A DNA stretch of 64,000 nucleotides, from NCBI GenBank assembly GCA_012026655.1, contig JAAILG010000184.1, positions 1-64,000 of the forward strand, read 5' to 3'. Source of the stretch: Hydrolagus affinis (lineage: Eukaryota). A program made the position numbers and the translations under genes. Shown one piece after another: positions 49,335 to 62,399 of this stretch. Below the pieces are notes generated by a model. That model was not told the origin of the DNA and searched no databases. It worked only from the letters and a program-made list of their open reading frames with translations. Position 1 is the first letter of the stretch. Every line of letters starts with the position of its first letter.

Positions 49335-49707
49335 TCTGTATTATCCCTTCATTTGACTTTTTCAAATCACTTCTTGCAAGTCTGCTCAGTTCCAACATTC
49401 ACAACCTTCAGCTGATGCAAGACTCTACAACCCACATCTTCATGCGCACCAAACTCCATATCCCTGTCACCCATGCTCCACCAGATTCTTCACTGGTTCT
49501 CTGGCTCCCTAAGAATCAACTTCGAGATCCTCACCTTCACCAACAAATCTGTTCACTTCACACTTATAATCATTTTCCCAACCCCACTCCCCACTTCGCT
49601 CAGCATCTGACACACGTGAAGCACTCCAAGATTGTATCCTCCTTAATGGGAGCCTCCCGACATGAAAGGCATTCTATAAATGTAATTTTGTTGTTGGTTG
49701 TTGTTGC
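49335..49707 (+). mobile_element. LINE2 3' fragment (RT C-terminus, internally deleted, plus tail)
   Basis: SLLASLLSSNIHNLQLMQDSTTHIFMRTKLHIPVT resembles L2 'LQL.QN.AAR...HITP'. Tail 'ctcccgacatgaaaggcattctataaatgta' + (ttg)n. Confidence 0.8.
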
Positions 49708-50312
49708 CTGTATAATTAGTTATTGTTCCTGTTATTGCATTTATATTTTCTTAGCACTATTTGTATTTTCTTTCACTTTATCATTGTGAGATAGAATATT
49801 AACAGAATCACCGTCTCTCAGAAACCATTGCTTCTCAGAGTGGGAATGTTTTTTTTCTGTTAAACAAGATTATAATGTTATAATGGAATGGCACCAGCTT
49901 TCATATGGTTGGCTATTTCGGCAGATCCCATGTGTGTAAAAAAAACACACATATTTATAACGCCAACCTACATTTGTCAGAATTACTTTCTATTTAAAAT
50001 ACTGGATAAATTCTACAATAAGTTCTGGAAAATCAAACCTCATGAAAAGATTTTCATTCAAAATGTATTGCCTTGCATAAATGTCAACATATCTGTTAGA
50101 AAATGATGGATGCTTGGAAACGATTATGAAGCAGTGATTCAATTGAGGTTTAGGTATCTTAATAACCATTAAAGTAGCATCTGAATATAATTTATTCACT
50201 CAAAACTATCTATGGTCCTCTATGTATTGTATGCACAAACTTCTATATTAGACAGTTTACTAATCAAAAGGTTCACACACTAAATTCAAGGTTAAAGTAA
50301 CACTTGTTAATT

Positions 50313-50370
50313 TCCCATGACACTATTCGAAAAGAGAAGAGAATTTCCCCCAGTGTCCTGACAAACAAAT
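50313..50370 (+). mobile_element. AmnSINE1/SacSINE1-like core fragment
   Basis: 'tcccatgacactattcgaaaagag..ttcccccagtgtcctgac'. Confidence 0.6.
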
Positions 50371-51279
50371 CTGGGGAATTTAAATGTTTTTTTCTAGGTT
50401 GTACAGTAGTGAAAATGTTGTAGTTAAACTTTTTTTTTAATGTTAATTTGCAGATGTTAATCCATAATCTTTACTGGATCAAATCACCTCAGTATAAGGA
50501 TTCTTTACTACAGGAATGGAAAGTCCATAAAAATCTGAGATAACAGTTCAATGTTTTCAAATTAATTGAAATACACTATTCAAGTGCAAGAAACCACAGC
50601 AACCACAAGTGGATTGTTTAAATACATGGAGTATCATTTTGAAATGTAATGTATTTTTGAATGTGGGGACTCTATTCACTAGATGGATCATTGGATTTAT
50701 AATACCTATCTAATAATTTACTACTGTATGAAGAAAGGCAAACATTAGAAACAAAACCAATCTATGAACTGGAGAGAAGGTAAAGGTAGTAATAAATAGC
50801 TAGACAAATGGCATTGCACAGAAACAATAGTGTGGTGAATGCAGTGCAGAATAAAGATTGATGATCTAACAGTAAACAATGAAAAAGGTTTATTCTAAAT
50901 TCAGAATCTGTTTATTACACAGTAGTTCAAAGCATATTCACTTTAAAAGGTCTAAGCCTATATAAAAAAATAAATCTGCAGTTCTTCAAATGCAATTATT
51001 TCATTTGCTATACACAGAGTGACAAATTATAATAATTTGCCAAATGCTAGAATGGGTAATAGGTAATGTTCAAATAAATTGTACTATTGTAAATTGTATA
51101 TTACAATTATATTGTATAAATAAATTGTAAATATTACTGGTTACTGCTGATTAATATTATTATGATAAAATGCTTTCCTTTAGATTCTATTTATTATTTT
51201 TTTATAACTTTCAAGATTTAGCTAAGAACTTAACTTACACTTTACAAATCGACTTTATTTTTATTAAATGTTAAACTCC

Positions 51280-52330
51280 AAATGATCAAAGTGAAGAAAC
51301 ATTTGGTGGTAGTGACATCAGTGGTGGCCTCACAACTTGGAAGTGGACCTGTTTTAGTAGAAGTTGTTTGGCACATGCGATTTGAGTCAGCAGGCTGTGC
51401 ACATTCTCAGTGAATGGGGCTGATATACCACATGCGTTCTGAAGAACCCAGTGCTTTAATGGCATATTATAAGAGAGCTGCACTGTACACTGGAAGGATA
51501 AGATCAAATAAACCAAAAATGGTAATGTTCTTCTGATAGTGTAAACTGTGATCAAAAAATGTCTCCAGTTAAGGAAAGCTTTTGGCCACATTTAGTGCAT
51601 ACATCTCTTTTAAAACATATACTTTTACATGGCTTATTAGGCTGCAAAGTAGTTTGTGAATTAATTAGCACACAATCATGCAGTGCTCAAACAAATGAAT
51701 AAAATGTAACTTTTATAGTGCTTTACACAGCATGCACCAAATTTGTGTTGTTTGTACATATTGTGTATTTTGAATTAAGTATATACTTCAACCAAATGGA
51801 GTTTTTAAGTGTTTAAATAAGAATTACAAGTAAGGACAACAGTCAATTTTTTGTTTGGTTGCTCAATTGGATACCTCCGAACCTGGTCATAATAGCCACT
51901 GTAGCTCATAAGATGGATTGATTGCAGTTTTCTTCCATTTGCCCCAGAACTAGAATTTGTCCACCAGGTCCCTCAAGCTAGTCCCTAATGTTTTCATTGC
52001 AATTTGGACAGACATGAACATTTCTACAGAAAGTCCAACAATATAATGACATTGTACACATCACCAGGTCACTAGCACCACTCATTCAAGGCTACAAAGG
52101 CAGCTGCTATTTACAATGCAATCAAATGTCTAGATGACATGAACCAAACCAGTATTAAATCACCAACTGATGTGCTACATGATTGGAACTACGATTTTAG
52201 ATCATTTGAAAAATGTTCCTTTCGAAAGGGCAGGGTGGGCTAGGATATGGAAGTACAGTATGTTGTTTTTGAGGCAGCAACAAAAATCATATTTTATCTC
52301 AATATTTCCACATTTGGAAAAGGATCCACC
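51280..52330 (-). mobile_element. Highly degenerate CR1-like fragment(s)
   Basis: Minus-strand patches resemble CR1 ORF2 (e.g. 'tgtagaaatgttcatgtctgtccaaattgc', 'ggggcaaatggaagaaaactgcaatcaatcc'); the signal is weak. Confidence 0.4.
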
Positions 52331-55019
52331 TAAACAGATCTGTTCACTGGGCAAAGAAGGATAAATATTTCAAGTGATTCTTTGGGAGCTCAGAGTTAAG
52401 GAAAAGAAGAACCAGAAGTCATGATGTTTCTGGAATCAAAATACAGGTGGGTTGTTAAATATTAATACATCTCCATGTTGTATGATGTATGCTAATATGA
52501 CTCATTTTCAAAGAGCAGGATTCAGCCTAACACTCTCGAGTGCTTTTTGTATATGATTTTATCTTTGAGGTGGGCAGGTGCAAACTTGAGTACCAAAGTG
52601 CTGAACCACAAGTGTGGGGATTTATTTTTTAAACAAGGTGAATTAAAAATGAATCCATCAATCCGATTAATAATGCTTCTTACTAACCCACCTCTCTGCA
52701 TAATGCTGGTTGCATTCTCTAATCTCAAGGACTAGAAAGCAAAGTTGGCTTTGGTTCAGACACTATGCATGTTCTATGCCAACCTCTATTCATTCACCTC
52801 ACATTAGAATAAACTGCTAAATCTTGATTCCCTAATGCAGAAAAGGACACAGGCAAAGCAAAATGACTACCTTAACGTTCCTCAAACAAAACTCTGCTTG
52901 AAGTGAAATCTGAATTACTCTAAACCTGTCCCCTCCCCCCACCCCACACTTTGTAAGCCAAAACTCAATGGGTAGGGTAGTCCAAGCTGGACAAACAGCA
53001 GGAAAGCTTGCCAGACAGTCCTGGCAACAGTATGTTATATGGTTTTAGTTAGTTTGATTCCAGCCTTGCATACTCTGAAGTCCCCAAGCTTTGGCTCTAG
53101 CCACCTTCACCTAATGGTAATTAAGTAAGCAGGGTGTGTGTGATAGAGTGTGATTCCATTCCAATAAATATCTATGGATTTCCATGTGAAGTCCGGATTC
53201 ATGGAAATCTCAGTTTGGGTTGGATACTCTTAAGTGTGGTGATGGGTTTCCAGGTGTGTCTGACTAAAAAAAAAGCTACTGTTATAAATGCATCAAGGAG
53301 CTCAGCTTGAACTGAAATTGCACCAGATCCTGGTTCATTGGGGGAGGTGGTTTCAAAACTTGCAGTTGGAAAATCTAGCTTCAGGTACCCAAACACAAAT
53401 GGCATTAACTATGATTGATGATTGAAGACATTCATTTTGTGTGGGTTTTTTATACTAAACCATATATTTTAAATTTTATTAATAATCCTTGTGAAATTTA
53501 ATAATTGAAATCTATCATTCAATGAAGCATGTGCAAACCATGCCTGTTTTAAATTATGTGAATGCAATGCATGCAAACTGATTTGAATGGGACTATTCGA
53601 TAGAATGCAAATCTCCTTGGGGTATGATTTGTCTAATGGGACCTGCCCTAATGCAGACTCCTTGGAAATGGGACCTGTTTCTGCTCTGCAGGAATTCACA
53701 GGGCATTTAGCTCTTTTTATTATATAATAACACTTATTAATATATTATTAAGCGTATAATTATGCTTACTCATGTCCAATTAAATTTCTGAAGTCCTGAG
53801 GTACTCCACTAATTGAAACTGTGGACATCATTAAAATCACTTTGCAATTTGAAAGTTGGAATGTTGGGGGAGGGAGAAAGAGATAGATGAGACAAAGGAG
53901 AGGAGAATACATTGGAGCCCTGATATAACGCCATAGTGCTCACCATAACACTATAACAAGTGCTGTAGTCAGAAAGACAATATTGCCAGTCACCAAATCT
54001 CCATTCACTGCATGTACCTGTCCGACTGCATCAGCCATTGCACTGGAAGCCAAAGTGACTGACTTCCGAGTTACCAGGTCGCCATCAAACTGACTTCCTT
54101 TGTGCTGCATATGTACTGCTAGGTGAAGTGATGGTGGTAATCTAATGCTCACTAAGTAGCCATTTGGGCTTCCCATTCCCTAAAACATGGCTGATTTCCC
54201 ATTGACTGGGATGATAGCAATATAGCACAGTGTCAGAACTGACCATGTTTAGAAGGTGGAGAAAGGACAGACCACTTAAACAGCATCACAAATCTGATTT
54301 ATCAGCACTTGTAACCCCTAAGGAGGGCACATTTTTGGCAGGTTTTATGAATAAAACCTTCAATTCAGTTATGTGGAGAGGTACGTAAGGTGAAGTATGT
54401 GACAGATGAGGGGATGGAATAAACTTGGTAGTGAGGGAAATGACAGCTTGGAGTATCGAAGTTTAAGTGACTCTGCTATTGTGTCAGCTCTTGTTGTAGT
54501 TTAGGTTAGCTGCAATTGCTTTCAGTGGACAAGGAGACTGTACAGGTGCCGTCAATGCCATTAATTCCAATGTCCGTGACATCTCTATTATCGTAAATTG
54601 AGTTTATACACATGAGACTGTCAGTATTCCTGCTCCAATTTAGCTATGTTCTAACTTGATTATTACCAAATTTACTGCCGAATTACTACTCTGTGCATTT
54701 TCTGGTCATGGACAAGCAATGTCAAACAGAATTAGATACCCACACGAGTGGCACAAAGAAAATTTTCAAACAAGGATACTACTCAAAAGCCTTCTTTATC
54801 TTGCATCTCTATCTCTCTCTCTCTCTCTTCGTGTATAAATTCTCTGGGATTGGGGTGCATCCCTCCAGGAAGACAGCCAACACTTTACCAAAAAGGCTTA
54901 TTTTAGACAACTTAAACGCCTGTGGTTAAGGAACCTGAACCTTATGCAGATACACCAGTGATAAATAGCGGACGCTTGAAGGAGGAGTTGAATATGGACA
55001 ATATTCCATTAAGTCCAGT

Positions 55020-55255
55020 GACAACAACATCAGCGACAACAAAATTTCATTTGTAGAGTGCCTTTCAGTCAGGAGGATGTCCCAAGCTGCTGAACAGTCA
55101 CGGGTCGGGACCCGAGGAGGTGGTGGTGGTGAAGGGGGGAGGGGGCAGAGAGGTAGGATGGTGATTGAAGGCATGGTTGAAGAGGAGGGTCTTGAGTCCG
55201 GCCTTGAAGGAGGCACGGGAGGGAGCCCAGAGGTGACAAACGCATATGTCAAGTT
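55020..55255 (-). mobile_element. LINE2 3' fragment
   Basis: 'gcctttcagtcaggaggatgtcccaagctgctg..ggttgaagaggagggtcttgag' is the reverse complement of the 24240 and 62400 copies. Confidence 0.85.
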
Positions 55256-55384
55256 TAGAGGTGACCAATGCATGTGTAAGGGAGCAGGCATTACTTAAAT
55301 AATTTGCATGGTTTATCATATGTTAGGATAAAATACTTGTGGGTTATTACGTACTCAGTGAAGCAATTTTTTGGTTGTTTACTC

Positions 55385-55985
55385 TTCCACTTTCTTACCT
55401 CAAATTCACTTTTATCACATCCAGGCTTCACTATGCTAACTCTCTGCTGTCTAGTCTTCCCTACCTTTCCCTCCAAAAAAGATAGATTATTCAGGACACT
55501 GCAACTCATACCCTCTCCTACTCCAACCTCTATCCTAACCAGCTTATCACACCCACACCCAGTTTCACTGGCTCCCTGTCCCCTAGAGAATTGAATTTAA
55601 GATCCTCATCCTCAGCATCTTGTCCCTCCCTACCTCTGCAACCTACTGAAACCATTCCAACCTGTCCACTCCCTCTGCTCAGCAGGTCTGCTTCAAATGT
55701 CTCCTGTCCACTCTACCATTGGAGGTCAGACTGTCAGTCTCTTATCCCTTCCACCCTCTGGAACTCCATCCCAGAATCCCTTCATCACGACCCTTCCCTT
55801 GCACCTTTTAAGGTCTATCAGGATCTTTGACCATACACCTTTCATCATCTTCCCACCTCACCCCACTTGCCCAACAACCCTCTCAGTCCAAACTCTAGCT
55901 CGGAAAGAAATCCTTGACTCTTCAGCACCTTGGGACCTCCTCCAGAAATGAAGTGCTGTACTGTATATACATGCAATGTTGTTTG
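55385..55985 (+). mobile_element. LINE2 3' fragment (RT C-terminus plus tail)
   Basis: 'cactggctccctgtc..agaattgaatttaagatcctc' (HWLPV..RIEFKIL), 'ctctggaactcc' (LWNS), tail 'cagcaccttgggacctcc'. Confidence 0.85.
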
Positions 55986-56727
55986 CTATGATTGTTATTC
56001 TGCAGGTTCCACTTTCTGCAAAAATTGAACCGGTATCTTTGACATGGCATGATGTCTGCTGTCATCTAGTCCCATCTTACCCCTCATGCCATTATTGTGG
56101 CATTGCTACAGCCTAAGTAGATTCTCTGTGTGTTCAGTGGTCCTCATTCAACAATTTGCTGGATGTGTTTTCGTTGCTTAAAATGCTAAAATGCATAGCT
56201 TTATTTTGCAATGTTACTGCCCTTTAAGTTTTTGGGGGGTTGGTAAGCATCTGTTTTCTCTCTCTCTTACATCAGCTCTGCTTGGGGGGGCCCCATTTAG
56301 ATGAGAGAACTGGGGTAGATTGATGACCTCTTCAAAATGCCCAGCAGGGAGTTCATCTAATGCTATAACATATGCACATTATTAATAGGGCTGCAGTCTT
56401 CATTTGCTCGGTTAGGTCATGGCAATGAAATCTGCTCTATGATTTGTATTGGAGTAAAGAATTACTGAAGGTGCCTGTGGATGGTTTGTAACCTGCAGGT
56501 ACAATTTGAAGTCAGTGACAAAACCATTTATAAACAATAGTAATTTCTTAACCACTTTAGATTGTGTTCCCCTATTCATAAGTGCTTATAACACCTGCTG
56601 GTGCAAACAGATAACCATATAATATACAGTATTTGAAATATTCTCTCTCTAATTCTGGGTTGGATGTAAAAAAATTCTGTGCTTGTTGTAATGGTCTGGA
56701 TTTTCAGCCCATTGAATATAAAAATAA

Positions 56728-57009
56728 ACAAAAACGTAAAATACTGCAGATGCTGGAAAGCTGAAACAAAAACAGAGATCCCCAGGAGCACTCAGCAGGT
56801 CAGACAGCATCGTGAGTCAACACTTCAGGTCCGCGACCCTTCGTTCAGATGAACAGAAAAGCAAACAGAATGAAGAATCTTCAAAACAAAATAATCTTCA
56901 TTCTTCGTCAGAACGAAGGGTCGTGGACCCGAAACGTTGACTCACTTTTCTTTTCTCCATAGATGCTGCCTGACCTGCTGAATGTTCCCAGTGATTTATG
57001 CTTTTGTTT
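56728..57009. mobile_element. Fold-back (inverted pLTR) Penelope-derived insertion, 282 bp, with 16-bp TSD
   Basis: The left arm is the reverse complement of the right arm, and both match 35255-35400. TTGAATATAAAAATAA is duplicated exactly at 56712-56727 and 57010-57025. Confidence 0.85.
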
Positions 57010-57065
57010 TTGAATATAAAAATAATCTTTGCTTTTGATACCAGATTGTCAAACTAACAATAATG

Positions 57066-57170
57066 ATTTGGTCACCCAATCCACGACTGTTTGTGGGACA
57101 CCGCTGTGCGCAATTGGCTGCTGCGTGTCACGCACAAAATATACAGGCAATTCACTTTACAGTATACAAC
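57066..57170 (+). mobile_element. DeuSINE core fragment
   Basis: 'ctgtttgtgggacaccgctgtgcgcaattggctgctgcg..caattcactttacagtata'. Confidence 0.85.
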
Positions 57171-60100
57171 TGATGGAGAACTTTTTGCAAATAAGCTCAA
57201 ATGTATGTAGCTCTCTGAGGAAACAGTATGATTTAATTCTGGAAACTACTTTTTGTTACATAAATTTGATTGCTGTGGTTAGGGAAGGTGAGGTAATTCC
57301 CACGATGTATTGGTATTCTAAACCTTCGATAGCCTTTGTGAATCATTTGGCAGATTTGTATACTGCATTTTACACATTTCCACAGGAACCATCAGCTAAT
57401 ATTTGATAAAGTTCAATAAAAGGATTGAATTTTTTTTGACTTAAGTTGTATTGACATTTGTGATAAGATTTAAACAGAGTAACATATCATTAAGGCTTTT
57501 CAGAGCTTTTCGGATACTGTATAAGGCACTAGAATTGAACATTAAAGGATATGCAAAGCCCTTATCCATTTGTGCCATTTATTATTACTGACCCTCCCTG
57601 CCCACATTTAACTAACAAAAGAGACCTCCAAAGAGGTAAAGCCAAGGAGAGAGGTAGAACTATTTTCTTAACATTCCAGAGCTTGCAAATCTGGCGCATT
57701 TGTTAAATTTAATCTTAGTTTGGCAGCTGTTTTTCTTCAAAATATCTGCAGAAAACTGGCTCCTTAATAAAACCGAATTTAAGAATGTGCCAAAATTTGC
57801 ACGTTCAAAAGTGTTAAGAGAATACGGTGATCTCCTGATAGCTCATCACTCCAAGTGAAAAAGGCTTAGTGACAAGTTATCTGGAATGCCGAGTTAGGCA
57901 TATAAATAAATACATATATAAATGAGGCCAGTATATTGACAGATGACTTAAGTGGTAGTGATAAGTTAAGCCAGGCTTGAATTAACAGGTGTTTACTGTA
58001 GTTTAAATCTACAACCAGGTGGAATATCTGACCTGATTTTCATTTAAAAGGAACTTAGATCTATGTATCAACTTGTTTGGCAGCCTGGAATAGAAGGAGC
58101 AGCAGATTGCCAGTATTTTTGTTGAGGTGAGCCAGATTGAGAGCACTAGTTTTAATGTTCCAAGTCTGAACTTCATGGGTAAACTGAACTATCAATGGAG
58201 CCAAAGTTTGCCCAACTTTTCATTCCAACATTAACTGTGCGATCACTTTGGAGCCAATCACGTTTACTGTTTGACTTTAAAATATTTTCTTATGGATTTT
58301 CTGACCTTTCATTGTGGTGAAACTAAGAACACCATCAATCACTGTGCTGCCATTGGTGCTAGTTTGACTTCCAAGTAAAGGAGGATGAATGAAATGTATA
58401 TTGGCACAAATGCGTCGAGTGCCTTTGACTCCAAGTAAAGATCAGCTTGGCTCGTGAGATTTTATTTTTCTGGCTTAGTGCCAGTTCGCCAGTCCTTTGG
58501 TTTCCAGAGTCAACAAATGTAAGTCAATAAGAAGGGAAGCAGTGACCCGATGTAATAAAATTGAAGCCATGCAGCCAACTATCCCTATGACTTCAATTTG
58601 CCCACTTCAGGTCACTTCACACTTCTGCTTGACTCCAGTGGGAATACGGTCAGAAATTTACAAGTAAACCAATTTCAAATCGATATCCACTGAGAATGCA
58701 TCCTCGAAGGCAATAAGCACAAGTGAGTGTGATAACTTCATCCTTCATCAAATAAGGTCAGGTTAACTTGTTGAATCATCAACTGTAGGGTTATTTTCTA
58801 GTAATGGGCTAGAGTTCAGAATTGTGCTATTAATACACAAGCAGTACTGCAGCATTTTAGATTTGAATTTTACTGTGAGTCCAACTTACAGTGATGAATT
58901 CAATAAGATCTCTAACCCTACACCAATGAGATTCATATTGTCGTAAGCAGCTATACTTAAAATATGTTTAGCATTAAATATTGCACTATGTGTCATTTCC
59001 ATTTGCTTCTGTCTCCAAAATGGACTTAACTGCTTAAAGGTATATTTATGGTGTGGATTTGAAACTTCCTGTTGACAAAATTCAGTTTATCTTTAGTAAA
59101 TGGCTTTGTGCATTAGCAGTGGCTGTAATCAAATTTGTGACAGATGAGTTCTGTACAATTTGTTCCCATCATTAATTTGATGTTCTTTTAGCTTCAGTTG
59201 TATATAGCTAACTAATACTGTGTGCGACAACACTCGATAAAATAAGTTAAATAAAATGAGTTAAGTGAAGAATTACAATGATAAATGATACAATAGCAGC
59301 AGCACTGAACACATCCCATATGAGTCTCATCAGTCATCTTGGCCTCATGCTGCTCGCTGTTTGCCTTCTTTTTCCAAAATAAAAAGAGAAGCTTATCAGG
59401 TGCTTTGTAGCTTAGGACATAGAGCTATGGTATGGGCATCAAGAACAAGAGGTTCCTGGCATTTGAGACTTCCGACAAGAAGAGACGAGTGGTGAGTTTT
59501 ATCATCTCATCACGGAGTACCACACAATGCTCTATCTAATGGCATAAACTAATGCAATTCAATCTGCAGCAAGTTTGTATCTCCTTTTGGTCGTTAGCAG
59601 CAATGGTGCTGTTAAGAAGTCCGTGACCTAGATTGTTTGGCCCTCAAAGCTAAAGAGAGGCTGTCTGGGACTTAGTGATACCTTTGGGGAAACAAAGGGT
59701 CTAAGTAGAAGCTTAACATTTATTAATGTAAGTAGAAAATATCCATTTGCTGAACTAGACTGCAATTAAGGATAATATAACTCAAATAACTCAAGCAATA
59801 AAGAAAGAAAAATGACATAGATGGAATGATTACCATGCCAAAACAATTAATTTGATTTTATCTTGTGGCTATCATATTTTTCATTTAGAGACTTTGCAAA
59901 TATAGCCATGTTTTCAATCAGGTTAGCGATATTAAAATCTCCTTAATTATTGTAAAATAATCTATTATATTAAAGTTATTGTAACCTCAGATTTGATTCA
60001 GAGTGACACAAGTGAAGAACCAGATATTCACTCTGCGGCTGCGGCTTAAAAATAACCGAAAAATTGTATTGTTTCTTTTTGGATAGTTGCCAATTTAGAT

Positions 60101-61034
60101 CTGCATTGCTTTTAGTCTGTGGTCTGCCCAGCAACACCCCTTGCTCTCTCTCTGAGTCTGAACACCTAAGGCTGACTAGCGTAGGTTGTATATAGCCTTG
60201 GTATAGATCAACATTAACCTTTTTCAACGTGATTCCTTGGGCAAAATCTAGTTTACAATCCAGTAGTGTCTTATTTTATTTATAATCAATTCAATCCCAG
60301 GGTTCATACCTGTTAAATCTTCACCTGAGAGCTGCAGTATGTGCTTCACGAGCAGGAGGCCAACTCCAATCCTTGGATAAATGTTTAATAAATGTTTGTT
60401 TGTTTATTCATTGATTGACAAAGTTAACAGTATCAACTTTTGTTTTCTGCTCCCATTTGTCTGTCTCTTACCCTTCCTCTTAGTACGCTTCTGCCTCCAA
60501 TCCCCTCATTGCTGAATTTGCTTTTGACTCCCTCTTCTCAGGCCCTGTTGAGGATATTTTACAGACAATGATGTATATAAAATACATTGAGACTGCTATC
60601 CCACCATGCTATGTCCCCTGAATACTCCCCTTCATCCCCATTCTCATTGATATCTATGGAATATAAATTCCAGGAGAATCTAACTTTTTCTGTTTCCCCT
60701 GATTATTCCATAAATATCTTGTTCTCATGGCAAGAAAAAGAGCAAGAAATTATTGCTGTTTGTACAGAGGCAAATAAACCCAAATTCTGAATTTGGAAAC
60801 ATGGAAATTGGGTTGGAGATTAAAAAAGCGTTACGTCCGCTGGGATAATTGGCAGAGCTAGGAATAACTAGGGCATGAAGCCTTGAAAATGGATAAGAAT
60901 GGGTTAGAACAAGTATTTGGTAGTCAATTGTCACAGTCTGTTCTTAAACGAAATCGCAATTGCATTCCTAAACCATCTGATAAAGAGAAGAGCTTGCATT
61001 TTTAAACATGATAAATATATCCAATTAATTTGGT

Positions 61035-61290
61035 GGAATTTGGCGAGGATTGAGAGAAATTCCCATCTCTTTACAAATAGTATCATGGGAACTTTGACTC
61101 TCACTTGAAGACAGGCAGATGGACCCCAGTTTAATATTTCCTTTGAAGGACAGCAGTTTCAACAATTCAACACTCCCCCAGTACTGAACTGAGGTGTCAG
61201 CCTAAATGATGAGTTCAGTAATAGATAGGGCCTTAAATTTACACCTTTTGAGTAAGAGGCGAGAATGTTAGCGACTTAGCCAAACTGATC
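61035..61290 (-). mobile_element. Old AmnSINE1/SacSINE1-like DeuSINE 5' part
   Basis: 'aatagtatcatggga', 'ggcagatggaccccagtttaa', 'cactcccccagtactgaactgaggtgtcagcct', 'gaggcgagaatg'. Confidence 0.8.
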
Positions 61291-61961
61291 CTCATTAGCA
61301 ACAACAGCAACTTGCATTTAAAAAGCATTCCTCATGCATCCCAGAACTCTTGACAGTGGTGAAGCAAGAAAGTTTTATAACAAAGTAAATAACTAGCCAG
61401 CCTTTACCAGGAAGACACACAGTATTTGAATCCAATGAACAAACCTAATAGTGAAGATTACTATACAATGCAACCAAATCCTAACTCCAGCTAACACATA
61501 AGATTGGCCTGAAGTGATGTGGGACTTGTTAACTGATGTTTCTACTTACCTTGTCTCAGTCTGTTCCACATCAATGGAATTGAATAGCTGTTATTATGTT
61601 TGCTAGGAGACACTAACAAATAGACCTTTATAACACCCTTGGCTCATGTGGTTCTGTAAAACAGCATTGTTTTTCCTGCTCTCACTCGTGCAATGACAGC
61701 TAGAGCAAGAGAGAGAGATTGCACTGTTGGGTATGTTATAGGCTACCTTAACCAGCAGGGAAAGGTACTAGCTGAATGTGTGAAAAGCATTTCTGAAAGA
61801 TCTATTGTCTGTCAAAGGGGGAGGGGAGGTGGGAGGCACTAAATGTGTTTAAATCCCATCAGGCTCTCCCATTTATCCTCTGGAAATATGACTGCCATCT
61901 TTTAACAGCAACTAGAATTGCAATTTTCAAATCATTACAACATTGCAGACATTTTACATTG

Positions 61962-62160
61962 TATTTGTTGGTCAAGAAAGTGGGAGAAACTCCATTCTCT
62001 TTCAAATATTATACTTGAATCTTTAATGTCCACCTGAAGTCGCAACACTACCAACATGCAGCACACTCCCCCACTACCACAACAGAATAGTTGCCTAGAT
62101 GAGGAGATACAGTCCCAATGTGGGGCCTTGAATCTACAATCCAGAGGAGAGAATTAGCCA
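61962..62160 (-). mobile_element. Old AmnSINE1/SacSINE1-like fragment
   Basis: 'tctttaatgtccacctga', 'gcagcacactccc', 'cttgaatctacaa'. Confidence 0.6.
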
Positions 62161-62261
62161 TAGTTTGCTTAGAAATCAGAACATTTGTTTCAAATGCCAT
62201 CATAGTGAAAAGTTAATGTCTCTCTGAGGTTTACAGCAGATTTATATTCAGCAGTAAGTAT

Positions 62262-62358
62262 TAATAATGATAATCCTTGCATTGATGTAGCTCCTTACTA
62301 TTTATTTGAGATGTCTCAAGGTACTTCACCGTGAATTGATTGTATTTTGTGGGCGAAT
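62262..62358 (-). mobile_element. SINE 3' fragment
   Basis: 'taataatgataatccttgcatt..gagatgtctcaagg..gtgaattgattgtattttgtgggcgaa'. Confidence 0.75.
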
Positions 62359-62399
62359 TGTGATCTAAGCACTAGTTCTGCACTAAGCTCTGTCAAGCT

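Noticed and set aside
49259-49789. Longest ORF (176 aa)
   Set aside because: TTG start; overlaps a decayed LINE2 RT C-terminus and tail, so it is not a cellular gene.
55921-55941. REST/RE1-like TTCAGCACC..GGAC
   Set aside because: Part of the LINE2 tail; spacing and right half-site do not fit the canonical RE1.
59411-59491. Possible + strand exon ending GTG|gtgagt
   Set aside because: Good donor but weak, ambiguous acceptors (59410, 59415, 59422) and an unrecognised peptide.
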